This document shows positions 35,005 to 49,646 of a DNA stretch of 64,000 bases, piece by piece. Numbering within the stretch: the first letter of the stretch is position 1; each line of letters starts with the position of its first letter. A model generated the notes under the pieces. It did no database searches. It had not been told where the DNA came from and was given only the letters and a program-made list of their open reading frames with translations. The position numbers and the translations under genes were made by a program. Origin of the DNA: Rhizodiscina lignyota (lineage: Eukaryota); contig ML978122.1 in the NCBI GenBank assembly GCA_010015805.1, positions 2,514,453 through 2,578,452 of the forward strand, read 5' to 3'.

Positions 35005-38000
35005 TCATATGACATTCGACAAGAAAGCCTCATTTCGCCAGAACGTCTCCCAAGCCTTCGGCCACCGCTCCTCTCGCAATCCACGCAGCCACTCCTTGAA
35101 TGGAAGCTGTTCTTCACCAATCCGCATCACGCCATTCTTCACTCCTCGCCAGCCGTTGATCGGGCCTCTGACATAGTTGTGATCCTGACCGCACCAGCTT
35201 CGCCAGTACGAATTCGGCTCGCCGGCATTCATTTTGAGCCGTTTCTAAGAGTATGTTAGGTGTGTTTCTGCGGTAGAGATGGGAGGCTCGGCTTACCTGA
35301 TAGCACTCCTCGTTCAAATCGCAATTGGCACATTGAATGCAAAAGTATATTTTTCCCTTGCTCCAATCGCAGAAGTCCAAATCGCAATCTCCATCACACC
35401 AAAGCCAGCGGTCGTCCTCGGGAACGAGGTCTTCTTTATCGTCTTCCGCGGACACTGTCAGCTTGGCGATTTGGTCTGCCACTTCTGCAGTTGCGTCCGA
35501 GATGGGCGTTTTTTCGTCAACCATAACTGTAGCCGTAATTGTAGTTGTGGTCTCTATTATTGTGGGCTGTTGTTCCTTGGTCGCAGCAGCGGGTTCGGTA
35601 GCGGTGCCGTTGGCTTTCTCCTCGTGACTATCTGTCACGCCATTGGTCTCCGTCTTCTCCTGTCCGTTTACTTTGTTCTTATCATCGTTGATTGTCTTCG
35701 TCTCCTCTTCTTTTGAATCATCATCGTCATCATCATCACCATAATTGACGCTCGTATCCGTTACGGAGAACTGGCAGGACAAAGCGATTTGGGCATCCCT
35801 TCCCAATCCTGGCACACAAGCAAGGACCTTTGCCAAAAGCCGGAAACTGACGTTGTCGTTGTAACCGACAGAGTCTGTCAGACCTTCAACACATGTCTTA
35901 AAAGACCTTTCCAGCATCTGCTGGTACTCAATTGATGAACCCACAGTGCGGGTCATAAGTGCTACCATGACAGCCGTCTGTGATTCGTTCCAGTCATCAT
36001 CATTGGCCTGAGCTGGGCCGTCGTCAGCAGAAGTGCGAAGATTAGGCAGCTTCTTCACTCTCTCATAAAGAGCAAGCTTCTGTTTTGGGTCTGTTGTGCC
36101 GCGGAATTCGGTGAATAGCAGATCGGCGAGTTCAAGGCGAAGGTCCAAGAGTACATCCTCGAGAGAGTCAAGGTCTTCATGCTTAAATTCCATGTTTAGG
36201 ACTTTATCCATCATATCAATGGACTTTTTGTTGTCGTGAGCAGCAATGCGATAGACGGTGGCAAGCTCACACATCGGCACTGCAGCCTTTGCTGAACCAC
36301 GACGTAGACTCTTGACGTAGTCCAAATACCATTTCTCCACGCAGTCAACTCCGCGCTGGCCGGCAAGTCTTGCGTATCGCTCGATATTGTCCACGGATTC
36401 AGCTTCATCCCAGTAGTCATAAGTGAAGAGGTACTCGCAGTACCTGTTCCGCTCAGGCTGTGTCCAGGATTCGAGTAAATCGAAGAACCCAGATGGATCG
36501 TCTTCCCAGTCCTTCACGGATGCGTTATAGTCGAGGTCTTTTCCATTCATGGTATCGACATCCGGCCGAATGTTCCTATGTTCCTGGTATGACTTCAGGG
36601 CATCTTCGGGACGTTTGAGGTCACTCTCGCACAATGCCCTCAATAACGTGATACCCTCCGCGCACTTGACAAGCTCTACGTCGTTCTTCCAGTCCGGTGG
36701 GAGGATGACGAATGCTTCGCCGATGATCTTCATTGCCTCCTCGAAGTAAGGAGCTCCAGGCCCGGGTTCGTCGTCGTCATCATCCTCTTCCTCAGATTTG
36801 CCCTTTCCTTCATCGCCAGTCTTCTCTTCATCGTCACCAGATTCTTCTGAGCCGCTATCCGAACCGCTGTCCGAACCGCTATCTGAACCACTATCCCCTT
36901 CATCTTCATCATCTTTTGGTTTCGTCTTCTCTTGCACGTCTCCGCTGGCGGCTTCCTCCCCATTTTCCTCGTTCTCTTCTTCCTCTTCGGCTTTCTCATT
37001 CAAGGCAAGTCCAATCCTCCGCTTTGACAGTGCCTTAATCCAAAATGTCCTGAAATGGCTCATCGTACTCGTCGGCTCCATCACCAAACCCTTTTCACAG
37101 AACTCGATCGCATCTTCATTCTGTTGTCGCCGCTGCAGGACGTTTGCGATAGCGCGGTAAGCATCCGCAGTCTTCTCGATGTCTGGGAAATATTCGATCA
37201 CTTGGAGCACGTCCTTCTTGGTCGTCCACTCCTTGTCGATATCCGCTCCAGCAAGCAGCAAGGCGTGCTTTGCGAACCAGAATGACCATAAAGCATCATT
37301 GAAGTACTGAGTGTGGAACCAGTTCTCAATATGGCCGTGCGCTAGATCCAAGGTCGCCTTCTGCGGCGCATCAGCGAAGCGGATAGTCCACGCCTTCGTT
37401 GTCTCATCAAGAGTCGGCGACTGCGGTGCGTGCTCGAACCAGATTTTAAATTTGGCAAGATACGACAGATTCTTCTCCAGCGCCTCATAGTCCGGCGGAT
37501 GGAGTTTCTCAAACACAAGAGCCACGTTGTTCTCATTCTCCAGAATGCGTTTCAATCCAGTCAAGGCACGGCAGAATTGCTCGTCCGAAATCTCGTCGAG
37601 GTCAATCTCGAGGAAGTGATGCAGCCAGAAGAAAGTAGCATAATCCCGGAGCCGCGGCTCTTTGCCATCTTGGCCTTTCGCTACAGTTGGATCGCATAGG
37701 ATTGTCACCAGCAACTCGAAGATGATTAAGTGTGCTCTCGCTGGTGGAGTGCGGAGACCATCATCTTCAACGTTGATAGCACGGAAGTATTCTCTCAATG
37801 AGCGCTCTTGGAAAGTCAGAGGCGTCTTGCCGCTTTCATCGATGACTTCCGCAGAGGCTTCCTCGCCGGCATGGTCACTATCTTCTGCCTTCTCATCATC
37901 ATCGGCATTTTCTTCCTCGTCGTCCCGCTCTTGCCCCAACTCCAGGATTCGTGCCGACCGTCCAATCACTTCGTCTTCGATATCAAACGTGGTATCCGGA

Positions 38001-40178
38001 TCAGTCAGTTTGATCAAATCACTTGCCTCGTCGAGAGTCAATTGTCGCTTCGAGAAGGCCAGCATGGCGAACAATGTTCGAAGTGTCTCGTATTGCTTCG
38101 GCGTTCTTCCTTTTTGGCACTCACTCAGCAGGAGACCATACAATGACTCAAGTGAGGTTGGCATGTCCCTTTCAAGGTCTTTAAGGACGGCGGATTCACG
38201 GCCGATAGAGCTGAGACGGCGCAACATGTGTTCGATGTAGAGCATACCGTCTGCACTGCGCATAAGTTTGTCTTCGATTCGCCTTCTCGTGTGTCTGTGG
38301 AACTTTCGGACGCGGGGGAGCTTTCTGACTCGCTCTTCGATAAGCTTTTTCATGTCCTTTGCGATGAGATCCTTGGTAATTTCAATACTTGTTGGAGGTG
38401 TCCCTACAAACAGTGACTTGAGCTCTGGTCGACTAGTGAAGAGGACATGAATGTTAAGTTGCTCTTTGGAGATCTGATTGAACAGCTCCGCCATGACCGC
38501 CTGGTCGTCTTCGTGTGCTTCGTCGACGCCGTCCAGGACGAGATATAAGTGTGCGTCCGATTTTGCCGGGAAACGCTCAGCAAAGAATTGATTCCAGGGT
38601 TCTTCATCTACGCTTTTCGAGATTTCTGCAGCGACAGTCTCGCAATACGCACTGTTCTTCTCGGCAATCTGCAAAACGGAGCAGCGAAGAGCGTTTCGAA
38701 AGTTTCGTAGATCGTCGGAATCCTCTCTGAAGAAGAAGTGGGCCACTGAAGTCTTATCAGTGTGGTGGTTTTTCTCTACGTCAAGCGCGATAGAGTTTGC
38801 AAGATAAGTCTTCCCAGTGCCAGCAGTCCCTGAGAGCCACAAAACACGCTGTTGCCCTTCGATCCAAGCTTTATACTGCTCGTTTTCAAAGATCCACGTT
38901 GCTGTTCCTGGCACAAGAGTGTCGGCAATTTCGTCTCTTTGAAGTTTGACTTTCTTCCGTGCTTCGGCTCCGTCGGAGAAATGTCGTCTGACCTGTGCAA
39001 GGGCACGATGCTTCTTACCAGCTGCATCACCTTTGCTTTTGGCACCCTGCTGTTCTTTCTGCTTCTGCTTGCTGCCATCTTGTCCACCTTGGGGTGCTGA
39101 TTGCTTCAGCAGGGCATCAAGCTTTGAGACGATAATCGCATTATGACTCTCAAACTGCGACTCCAACCTCCCGCCGACTTGAGTTACAGTGGTCTCCATC
39201 GAAGTAATGCTCGTCTGTACAACATCCATGCGCATGTCTATATGCTCCACACCCTCTCGGAGCACGGACATGCCTTGGTTTGTTTCTTTCGATAGTGACT
39301 TGATCTCAGACGTATCGTGTAGAATGTCATCCGTCTTCCCATCCAGCCGTGTCGTTGTCTCCTTGATCTCTATGGCAGTTCGCAGTGTGGCAACTCCGAC
39401 AGCTTCGCCGAGCTTCGATATCGCGTCTTCCATAGCACCGTAAGCGCCTGTAAGGGCTGGGTCTCCTGAACCATCTTTCAGATTGTGGAGCCACTTTCGA
39501 AACCTTCCTTTGCCCTTGTAGTCGGCAGCAATGCCACAGAGTGTAAGCATTGACGCGAAGACTTTCCTGACACATCGTTCGAATGGGCTGAGTTTAGGGG
39601 ATTTCTCCTCCAGCATCGAGATGCGATCGAGAAACGAACCCATTTCGTTGAAGAATCCAGCTACGCGGTCGTAATCCGCCTTCACGTCTTTAAAGGTCTG
39701 AAAGACGTATGTGAAAGCCGTCATCAGCGCAGTACTGGAACACAGGTATTAGTTCATTGCTTTTTGTACGTATGTGCAAGGTCTTCTTACCCGGGAATCG
39801 CGGGTGGAAAGACTGAAGCAGCATCTGCAGCCATCTTGGCTCCATTCACAATCTTCTGGATCACGGCGAGGTTGTTGCCGAAGGCTGATCTCACAGCATC
39901 CTAAACCTCGCGTGTCAGTATGCTGTCGATTCGCCGGAGAGTAGTGAGTTGTGTGAGTATTAAAGTTTAGAACCTACCACTTTGCCTTTGTCATGACGAA
40001 ATGAGCCAAATGACTGTTGCTGCTCCTGTGTGCTCGCGATAGCTTCTTCCATGCTCTTGAACTGGAACTTCGTAAGGTCCAATTTTGTCTTTCCTTTGAA
40101 GTCCTCCAGAGCCTCGTTCCATAGCTGAGCCAGATCCGAACCGTCTTCGAGAGGACCGTCTGGCGGTTGGACGACCAT
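35005..40178 (-). CDS. NLR-like STAND protein: Goodbye-type N-terminus, NACHT, TPR-like repeats, C-terminal Cys-rich (ZZ-like) region; introns 39901-39977, 39735-39790, 35245-35296
   Basis: LWNEALEDF..FRHDKG N-terminus; Walker A GTAGTGKT; Walker B LYLVLDGVDE; LFTSRP; WCDGDC..FCIQCANCD. Confidence 0.85.
36851..36896 (-). repeat. 12-nt tandem repeat encoding (DSGS)x4 inside an acidic linker
   Basis: Direct reading; protein GDSGSDSGSDSGSDSGS. Confidence 0.85.
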
Positions 40179-41119
40179 GGTGCTGCAAGTCGGCGAGTGC
40201 GAGAAGTGGGATCGAGGTGGCTTCCGCCGTAATTCAACGCCTTGTTGGCGAACGGTTCAACTAGAAGAAAGATTTCTGCAAACTTAGCGAAAGTGCACGC
40301 TTGAACCCTGAAACAAATTGTTATACAAAGTACGCTCGAACAGATACGACTTTTGAAACGCTGATCAGTTACACAAGGACGATCAATATTGAAAATTTTG
40401 CCCAGAATGAAATTGAAGTTTGCGGAGGCGCGCTTTATAAGACTGTAAGATACATAAAGCCTTGCGACAACCTACAGCGCAAAGAAGTCAACTAATCATG
40501 ATGCATCTCGCGGCGGACCGTTCCTTGCGCAGCTCTCAAAAAGCTTAAGGATGCATGTCCCTCCACACCTCCAACCTCGCCCTAAATGGCAAAAGGCACC
40601 GAGAAGCGCCTGTCTAGCTGAAGATCCATCTTTAAATAGTGTCGGCGTGATATCCACTTTGGATTTGGCCAGCCAGGACGGTGTGGAGCGCGTTTGTGGA
40701 GGTTACGGTTGGATTATTAACAATTTGGGGGCGCTTTTGGCTTGCGAAGCGTGCAGGGGCTGGAACAATTCGATGTCGTCCTTCATCGATTCACCACGGT
40801 ATTCCTGATACAAAGCTGAAGTGTAAGTGGCCCAAATCGCGCCCAAAGGACTGCGAAGGTGCTGTAGTAGTCGAGGTGCATGACTCCTTTGGCCTGCATA
40901 TGTATCGCAGATTGGAGCTGAGAGGTTCAGATTCGGATTTCATGGAAATGAACATCACGTGCCTACGTGAGCCCCGGAAAACGCCACCTCGACGCGTTTT
41001 ACTTCCACTTCGGCGGTCAAATTTCACACGTCAGAGACAACTTCGACAGGTCCGTGCAAGCCTAAAAATCAGCATGGTGATTCACTGTTTTCGTTGAATC
41101 TCAATTCTCAAAGGATACG

Positions 41120-43398
41120 ATGGAGCCGATGGAAGTCGATGCGGCCGCGACGTCGCCTCGCGGGACGAAACGAAAGGCCGATGGAGAACCCATCATTGCT
41201 CCTCGCCGAATTCAGCAGCTATCTGAAGATGTCGTCAATAAGATTGCCGCGGGCGAAATCATTGTTGCTCCAGTTCACGCATTGAAAGAGCTTATCGAGA
41301 ATGCTGTCGATGCAGGCTCCACGGCGCTGGAAATTGTCTTGAAGGAGGGCGGATTAAAACTCCTGCAAATCTCTGATAATGGCTGCGGTATCGACAAAGA
41401 AGACATGGCGATCTTATGCGAGCGTTTCACCACGTCAAAGCTCAAGGCTTTCGAGGACTTGCAATCTATCGGCACATACGGTTTCCGTGGAGAGGCCTTG
41501 GCGAGTATCAGTCATATCGCGCATCTCTCTGTCGCAACGAGGACGAAGGAATCCAGTTGTGCATGGAAAGCGCAGTATTCGGATGGTAAACTGGTGGCAC
41601 CTAAGCCAGGTCAGTCGGCGGAGCCAAAGGCGATCGCAGGACGGCAGGGCACACAGATTACAGTAAGTGTTCTGGCCTCATTAATGCATCCCACGTTTAC
41701 ACATCGCAGGTTGAGGATCTCTTCTATAATGTCCCAACGAGACGGCGAGCCTTTAGATCCGCAAGTGAGGAATACGCAAAAATTCTCGATCTAGTTGGCA
41801 AATACGCCGTTCATTGTGATGGTGTTGGATTCTCCTGCAAAAAGCATGGCGACCCTACCATGGGACTGTCTGTCCCTGCTAATGCCGGTACTATTGATCG
41901 GATCAGGGTTGTTCATGGGAGTGCTGTTGCAAACGAGCTTGTTGAGCTTGCTTGTGAGAGCGAGCGTTGGGGCTTCAAGGCCAAAAGCTGGATCAGCAAC
42001 GCGAATTACAGCGTCAAGCGTACGAGTCTGCTGCTCTTCATCAACCATAGAGCGGTAGATTCGACGCCAATCAAAAAGGCGGTCGAGCAGACATACGCCG
42101 CGTTTCTGCCCAAAGGTGGTCACCCCTTTGTCTATCTCAGCCTGGATATCGATCCAAAGCGAATTGATGTCAATGTACACCCTACGAAACGAGAGGTGCG
42201 ATTCCTCAACGAAGAAGAGATTATCGATATGATATGCGACGAGATTAGATCCAGTCTCGGCAAAGTCGACACAAGCCGGACATTCATGACACAGACACTT
42301 CTCCCGGGCAGCAAGATTCCAGTCATTCGACCGTCTCTCTCTGCCGAAGGCGATGATAGCAGTCCAGATGCAGGCAACAGGAGCGCAGCTGGAACACCCC
42401 GTGCGTCAGCATCAAAAACGAGCGCACAGAAGCCGTATGAGAACAATCTCGTTCGGGTCGACTCTCGCAGTCGCAAGATAACTTCAATGTTACCTCCAAG
42501 CATGCCAAAGGATCCAACTCTGCCTGGCTTAAACGCTCAAGAATCTGCGTCAGATGACATTGAGTACGAATACACAGACCAAGAGCCTACTCTATGCCGC
42601 CTCAGCTCTGTCAAGGAGCTCCGCGCCGAAGTGCGCGATGCCATGCACAATGAGCTCAGCGATGTCTTTGCAAGCCACATCTTCGTTGGCATTGTAGATG
42701 AGCAGCGACGCATAGCTGCCATCCAAGGAGGCGTGAAGCTGTACCTTGTCGACTACGGTATGGTCGCGAACGAATATTTCTACCAAGTCGGACTCACTGA
42801 TTTCGGCAACTTTGGACACATCCGTCTCGACCCCGTACTCAACCTTCAAGAGGTCCTCGAGATAGCAGCAGCGCATGAACAATCCGTGTCTGCCGACGGC
42901 AGTGAGCTGGATTGGCGCGAAGTTCTCTCGTTGGTTAAACAGCAACTCATCGACCGCCGCGAGATGCTTGCGGAGTACTTCTCACTTGAGATCTCTGCTG
43001 AAGGAGAACTTCTGAGTCTTCCACTTCTGACGAAAGGGTATGTCCCCAACATGGCGAAGCTGCCGCGTTTCTTGTTGCGCCTGGGGCCGCATGTCGACTG
43101 GACAGGAGAGAAGGTTTGCTTCCACACCTTTCTGCGGGAGTTGGCAAGCTTCTACACACCTGAGAGTCTGCCGCCAGCATCACCACTCAAACCGCCAAAT
43201 GCTGAGGATGTGATGGAAGTTCAAGAGGAAGAGGAGGACCCGGATATCGTGGCACGGAGACGTCAGCTCAACCGTGCTATTGAGAATCTTCTGTTTCCGG
43301 CTTTCAAGGCTAGGCTTGTCGCTACAAAGGGATTGCTGAAAGGCGTAGTGGAAGTTGCGAACTTGAAGGGCCTGTATCGCGTCTTTGAGCGATGCTGA
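41120..43398 (+). CDS. MLH1: DNA mismatch repair protein MLH1; intron 41663-41709
   Basis: [24 protein letters not shown] and DVNVHPTK motifs; C-terminal FERC. Confidence 0.97.
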
Positions 43399-46113
43399 TG
43401 TGAGTCGCGAGACAGCTATTTGAATATGTATCCTGAGTCGGCACGGCGGCATCAATGACTAGCAAGGCGGAATTTGGCTAAATCCATTCGCAAATTGAAA
43501 AAGCGCAAGACTAGCAAGCAGTTGCTTCCATAACACAGAGTCTCGTATATGTATGCTCAATATGAGTTTGCAGGAGCCAAGCAAATAGTCAAGTTCATGG
43601 AGTACTATCAGGCAAATTAACTGCAAGGAGCAATACGATCTGATCAACACCAGGATATGCGCCGAGACATCGGAGCAAATTCCAGGTTGTACGGAGTACT
43701 ATGTAGCAGGGCAAAGCTTCCCCAGGAACTGCATGTCTTCGCATTCGCGTTCCCTGTGCCATTCATCAAGATAATGGTTTTCCTTTTACCAGCTTCCCAA
43801 TCAGTACCTCGTCGCCTGTGCGGCCACGTTTTTCGTATCCACGTGCAGATTTGCCCTGATCAGCTTTATTCCCATACATCCCTGGCATGTCTATACCTAT
43901 ATGCCGCTAATTATCACCATATCGTTGTACCAAGGTCTGGGGCAGCGGGGAGATGTCATCCTTATCGCGTCAAGAATATCCGGATGAGCTCGCGTGCTAC
44001 GCGACCAGGACCATTTTCCAGCATTGGATGCTGGTCTCTTTCGAGAAAGCGCATTGCAGCTCTCCTTACAATCCCGAAGCTCTTCCGCGGCATTTAGGGA
44101 GATGAGTTTCTGCCGTGGAAGCTCGAGTCAAATTGGAATTTGGAACATGTGCCGTCCACGAGGTCGAGTTCTGTGCCGGGCCGAAGTGATCGAACCCCAG
44201 ACGACCACCATGCGTTCAAGGCGAGGCCCGATGAACGCCACAGAGGCAGGCGAGCCTTGCCCTTGAATTTCATCAACGTGCGAGCCGCACGTACCGGGCA
44301 TGGACTCCCTGTTTTTGTACCTTTGTACTGTACGCCCCTAAGCACTTGGTCGAGATGTCTGTGATATAGGCGCGTAAGATACCCTCTTCTGGATGTCTTA
44401 CGCGCCTACCGCGTTCTTGTTTCAGGTGAGAACCTAAAAGTTTCAATTTTCTGTTTGGTAAAACTGAGTGGCGTTCAGGAGGAAGCGGAGAGGTTTTCAA
44501 ACCATCTCGAAACGCAGTTCTCCCACCATCGTGGAACGCGCCGATATGTGTTGATTCGGACCAATTGTACCATTGTGGCAACGCCAAAAGAAACGTTCCT
44601 CGAGACTCGGAGCCCTCCCCGTCCCCACGTTTGGCGCAATTCGACGCTCGGTCCACGCGTGCTATCTTGACGTCGCCGCTTGTGGCGCCAAGTTAGCAAA
44701 CGATATGACAAGCTTTTCTCGCTAAGAATGGTTCTTAGCAATAATTTCGCCGCAACTATAATCCGTAGTGTAGTGCTTACTCTTTCATCTCTTCAGTCAT
44801 TGCGAGTACAAGAATATACTGACGATAGAAGAATTGTGCCTCTGCCCTACGGTTTCAACATTTTCACGCGGCACGGTGAGCCGTGTTCCACCCGCGTGCT
44901 AAAGCAGTGAGACTGCGTCAATTGGATATCCGGAAGGCTGGTAGGTATGGGTCCATTGTTTCGCACCTGCCCAGGGGAGGATGGAGGGATGGAGGGATTT
45001 TTGACAGGTTCCGGTGCAACATTTGGCGATGCTTACCATGGCCAGGGGATAAGGCCAATGGGGAGCGGTAGTGCGCGTGAGTACCGATCTCCCGGGTGCC
45101 GTGTTTCTGAGAGAGCTTCTGTGCTGCAATTTCGCTGCCATCGTGTGCTCTGTGGTGTTGCGATCGATGCCGGAGAATTGGTTGCGCAAGTGTTCAAGCT
45201 GGGACAGCCACATCCTCAAGACGCTGTATTGCTTGCACCAGATTCGCACACTCTATCGGCAATGCAGACTGGGAGCTATCGATCACGGCTGAAGAAATAG
45301 CAGTTCCATTTTCTAATTGGCTGCACAGCGGTGACGAGTGACGAAGTTGTGCAGCCGGGCAGGGCGGGCAGAAGAAAGTCTCCAGAGAGCGACGCTTGCA
45401 TGGATGCTGCTCGAAGCCTCCTCTGAACTGCGTCTGGCTCGTGGCTGCAGCATTGCCATGTCGAGATGCAAGCCCATAAGCGGACTTTCAGGCACAGGCT
45501 TATGGGCTGCTTCTTAGCTTCTTTCGTCACCATCGTCCGCGTCCGTTCTGCGGTGCCGCAGTGTGGAGCAGGACGGCTGCCCATGCGGAAATCGCCAGGC
45601 GAAGAATACCGATCGTGCTCCGGTGGTGAGCGATAAGAAGGTTGCGCTCGCCAGCCATGGGTTGCATCACCCATCCATTGGGCATGCACATATCAGAAAC
45701 ACTTATGGAGTGTTCGTCCGACGTTTGAGGCGGCTCCTTACGATAAACCCTTCCCTTTCCGAACAACCGACACGAGGGGTGTCCGTCATCAAATCTTGGG
45801 ACTTGGGATACCCAGCAACTGCGTGAATAGGCCCACACGCTCCCCTTGCCACTCGTCGTGCCACTAGGAGAGGTACGCTTGACCCTCTTCCAACCGCGTG
45901 TGGCCAGAAAAAGGAAGTCAACGGCGTTCGCTTCCTCTAGCAAACCTCCCACACTCCCCCGAGCCCCATCGTCATCCCACGTCGACGGACTCGCAGAACC
46001 ATGCGCCGCACGACACTCCGTCCATGAACCCTTTATAATAGTTACGTACATACTTCGACTCTTCCCTGGGGACCCGGAAGGTTGGGCGCACATCTGCGCG
46101 TGCAATTTGAATC

Positions 46114-49100
46114 ATGTCGTCAGGGTAAGTTTTGCGACCTCCGAGCACTTTCTTGCGCATTTTGGCTTTCGCGATGGGGTCTGAAACCATTCCACGCTCG
46201 AAACTACCTTCTGAAGAGAGCTACATTGTAAGCTAATATAATTGATTAATTAGATCCCTCAAAGACGTCGTCAAACTCCTAAATAAGACCTTCGCCGAAC
46301 CTCGCGTGCCATTACCGCTTCCCGATGAGATCATTCACACAATCGAAACATATCTCGAGAGCCACAGTACCATTGACGACCATGATTCTCAGCGGCTTCA
46401 AGATGAACTTCTGAACGTCTATCAGAAGTACGTACCGGATGCGCTGGAGAAGCATGGAGCTTTCGTCAATGTGCTGCGTCATCTACGGCCAGTCATCACA
46501 GGCGAGAAGAGATTGGAGGAGTGGTGGACTTTGGTGATAAGGCCCACGATCGACGCTGTTGGACACAAGAGGGATACGATCGAAGATGCAAGAGAATTCT
46601 TATTGGGAATCCTCGTATTTGACGAGGACGAAGATCCGACCGGAGAGCACGCGAGAATCTCAGCGCATTTCACGCAACGGCTCATCGACGCATATCTCGC
46701 CAGGACAAGGATTCCCTTCAGCGATGGAGCCGTGATCTCCCCAGAGGATGATTTCATAGCACATGAATTGGAGACTGTTCTTGTGACGTTCGGTCGCCGC
46801 AAGCCAAAGGTACCCTTTCAGCACCAATATTCGTCCATTCATTCTGAAAATGGTTTTATTAACAGTAGAGTTGCTAGGAATTTCTTCTTGCCGTCGACAA
46901 CATTTTCGTCCGCCCACAATATCGCGCTCAAGCTCTTGGCCTATTAAGTTCTTTTGTGCGCCTGCAGCCGCCTCACCTTCACCTCGTATTACAAACGCCT
47001 CTCATTGATCACCTCCACAAATGCCTGCTGCTAGACGAATCATCGACGGTAGTAGATCTAGCCGTCACGATCTTGATCATGTTTCTACCGCACATTACGA
47101 GCTCTTTGGTTGCTCATCTTCCGACCTTATTCCTTATCTACAGCAGACTGCTCTGCTGGGACGAGCTGCAGATGTCCTTTGACTCTGAGAAGACAGAAGC
47201 ATCATCTGAGAAAGAAGAACTCGGTCAAGGAGGCGAAGAGCCAGCTACGACAGAAACGATGAATTGGAAAGTCTTGGATCAGCATTTCGACAACATCGAA
47301 TCGAGCAACCCTCGTGTCGACTACCTCTTTACATTCTTGTATGGATTGTTCCCCCTCAACCTTATGGCTTTCATCCGAAAGCCTCGAAAATATCTTAAAT
47401 CTGTGCAATACGTTGGCGCAGATGAGTTGGACCTCCGGCAAGACATGATCCGGTCGAGGACGGAGCCACATCGTAGAGTGCACTTGGTGCATCCCAATTT
47501 TTACCTGACCACAGCCGAGGACGAGCTCAACGACAACCGCTGGGTAAAGAGTGACGCGGCCGACATCGTCACTGAGTGCTTGAATCTGTGCTCGACTGTG
47601 TCAGCTTCACTAAACGATCCCAGCCCACCAGGACCACCAGGGCCACCGCCTACTGGCAAGCTCCCACCGATTCCGAAATCAAAGCCACGCAGAGACATCG
47701 CATCTTTTGATCCTAGCCCAACCACAGATGACGAGACCACGCTAAATAACGACATCTCGCCCAGCGATATGCGCTCCAACTATAGCTGGCGCAACACCCA
47801 ATCAACTGCATTGACATCACGTTCGAGCCAAGGACTCCCAGATCTGCCCAGATTACCAAGATCCTCACGCGCAAGCAGCAGCCATGGGGCTTCGAGGTCC
47901 TCTAGAGGCACTTCACCAGGATCGAGGAGCCGTGATCTTGTGCCGGAGAGTCCAGCGTTGAGGCCCCAACTTCCTTCTCATCCCAGTACGGAGATTCCTG
48001 CGATCGATGTCTCAAAGAGATCATCAGCATCGAAAGACGCATCGACCACTTCCCCGCGCCTGGAAAGTTTTGCACAGGCACTTTCTGCTGCACAGTTTCC
48101 CGTTCCTCCCGCAAGATCACCACCACCGTCGCTCAAGGTTGCTTCTCTACAGCGTGAGAATATGCTTCTTCGGAACGATCTCAACTTCGAGCGCTATCTA
48201 AAGCAGCAACACCTCTCGCATATTGGTCAGCTACAGCGGAAACACATTCGTGAAGCTACGGTGGAGGCTGAGACGCAAAACCTCCTCAACACGAATCGGA
48301 CGCTCAAGGCTAAGCTCACAAAGGCAAGTGAGCAATATGCACAGCTGAAGAGGGAGACCACGACCAGCAGGAGTCAATCGAAGAAGTTTGAGTCGGATCT
48401 CACGTTGAAGGTCAGATCCTACAGGGAGGAAGAGAAGCAGTGGCAATCAGAGGGAGAGAACTTGCGCCAGGAGTGCGCAACGCTGAAGAAGGATTGCGAA
48501 AACCTCCGCCGCCTACTAGTCGAAAGCGAGCAGCGGGAGTTCAACATGCAGAACCAGATGCAGATGCGCAATGCTGACCTTGAAGAGCTCAACACCCTGA
48601 AGGCCGAAGTCGAAAACCTACAGACCAAACTCCACGACTTTGAGATTCGGGAATTGCATTTCGAGAAGTCGGAAGAAGACCGCGATTCATTGCAGTCTGA
48701 AGTGCAGTCTCTTAAAATGATGCTGAACAGCAAAGAGGCTGAGCGCGAACGAACACGCCGAAGTTACGAGATCAAGATCAAGGACCTGGAAGCGAAACTG
48801 GACTCCCCGCGTCCTGGATCACAAGTCGCACAAGGAGCACAGCTTCCAGCCTCCGTGCAGCAGATGCTGGATTCCGCGCTCGCGGCCTCACAGTCTCGAT
48901 TCAACCAGCTCAAGAAAGCGCACACAAAGTTACTACACAAGTACACTGAGCTTGAGATGCACTGTCAGGAGCTGGAAGCCAGCAGTGACGTCTTGGGTAC
49001 CCCGTACATTAGCCCGCATGGTAGCAAAGGTTCTCACGATTTCGACCCCCCATCCGGAAGCTCTAATGGCCTGAGCCCGAGCAGTAGCGTTTCTCGCCGC

Positions 49101-49646
49101 CCACACGCGTTTTCTGAGTCACTCCTGGCCGAGGTCGATGAGATCTTCGGCGAGAATGCTTCTCAGTCCTCAGCTGGAACTCAGTTGCCCCTGCAAGGCG
49201 CAAGGGAGCCACCATCGAGGTTCGACAGCTTGAGCAACCGCAATCAGGCCATGGAACGCGCGCGGGAGAAGGAGGCCGAGCTGGCAGCAGGCTACGAGAG
49301 GAACTTGAGCGGCTTCCTCAGCTACAATCCCACTGCGCCGCTATCATCCTCCAGCGCACGAAGCACAGGTAGTGGAGACAGCAAGGGCAGTGGTGGCACG
49401 GTAATTCCCAAGGAGAAAGTGGGGGCGAAGAGCGACATGAGGATCTACGGTCGAGGTAAGTCACTCTCCCTGTCCATGTCTCCCGCACTCCATCCCAAAG
49501 CGTCTTATGGTCCGATAAGGCTGACCGAATGTGGAACAGGCGGCGCGCAGAACATCGGCAAGAGCAAAACTGGCTCCAAAGCAGGTTCAAGCGACCCGAA
49601 GACGGCGAAGAGTGGAGGCTTCAGGGGCATTAGGGGGATTATGTAA
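46114..49646 (+). CDS. TSC1: Hamartin (tuberous sclerosis 1 homologue); introns 46125-46253, 46810-46877, 49456-49539
   Basis: LFTFLYGLFPLN, HPNF and LLRNDLNFERYLKQQHL motifs; long C-terminal coiled coil. Confidence 0.9.

Noticed and set aside
43450..46100. Many 60-190 aa ORFs between MLH1 and TSC1
   Set aside because: No recognisable motifs or consistent exon chain; possibly decayed DNA, but I cannot support a call
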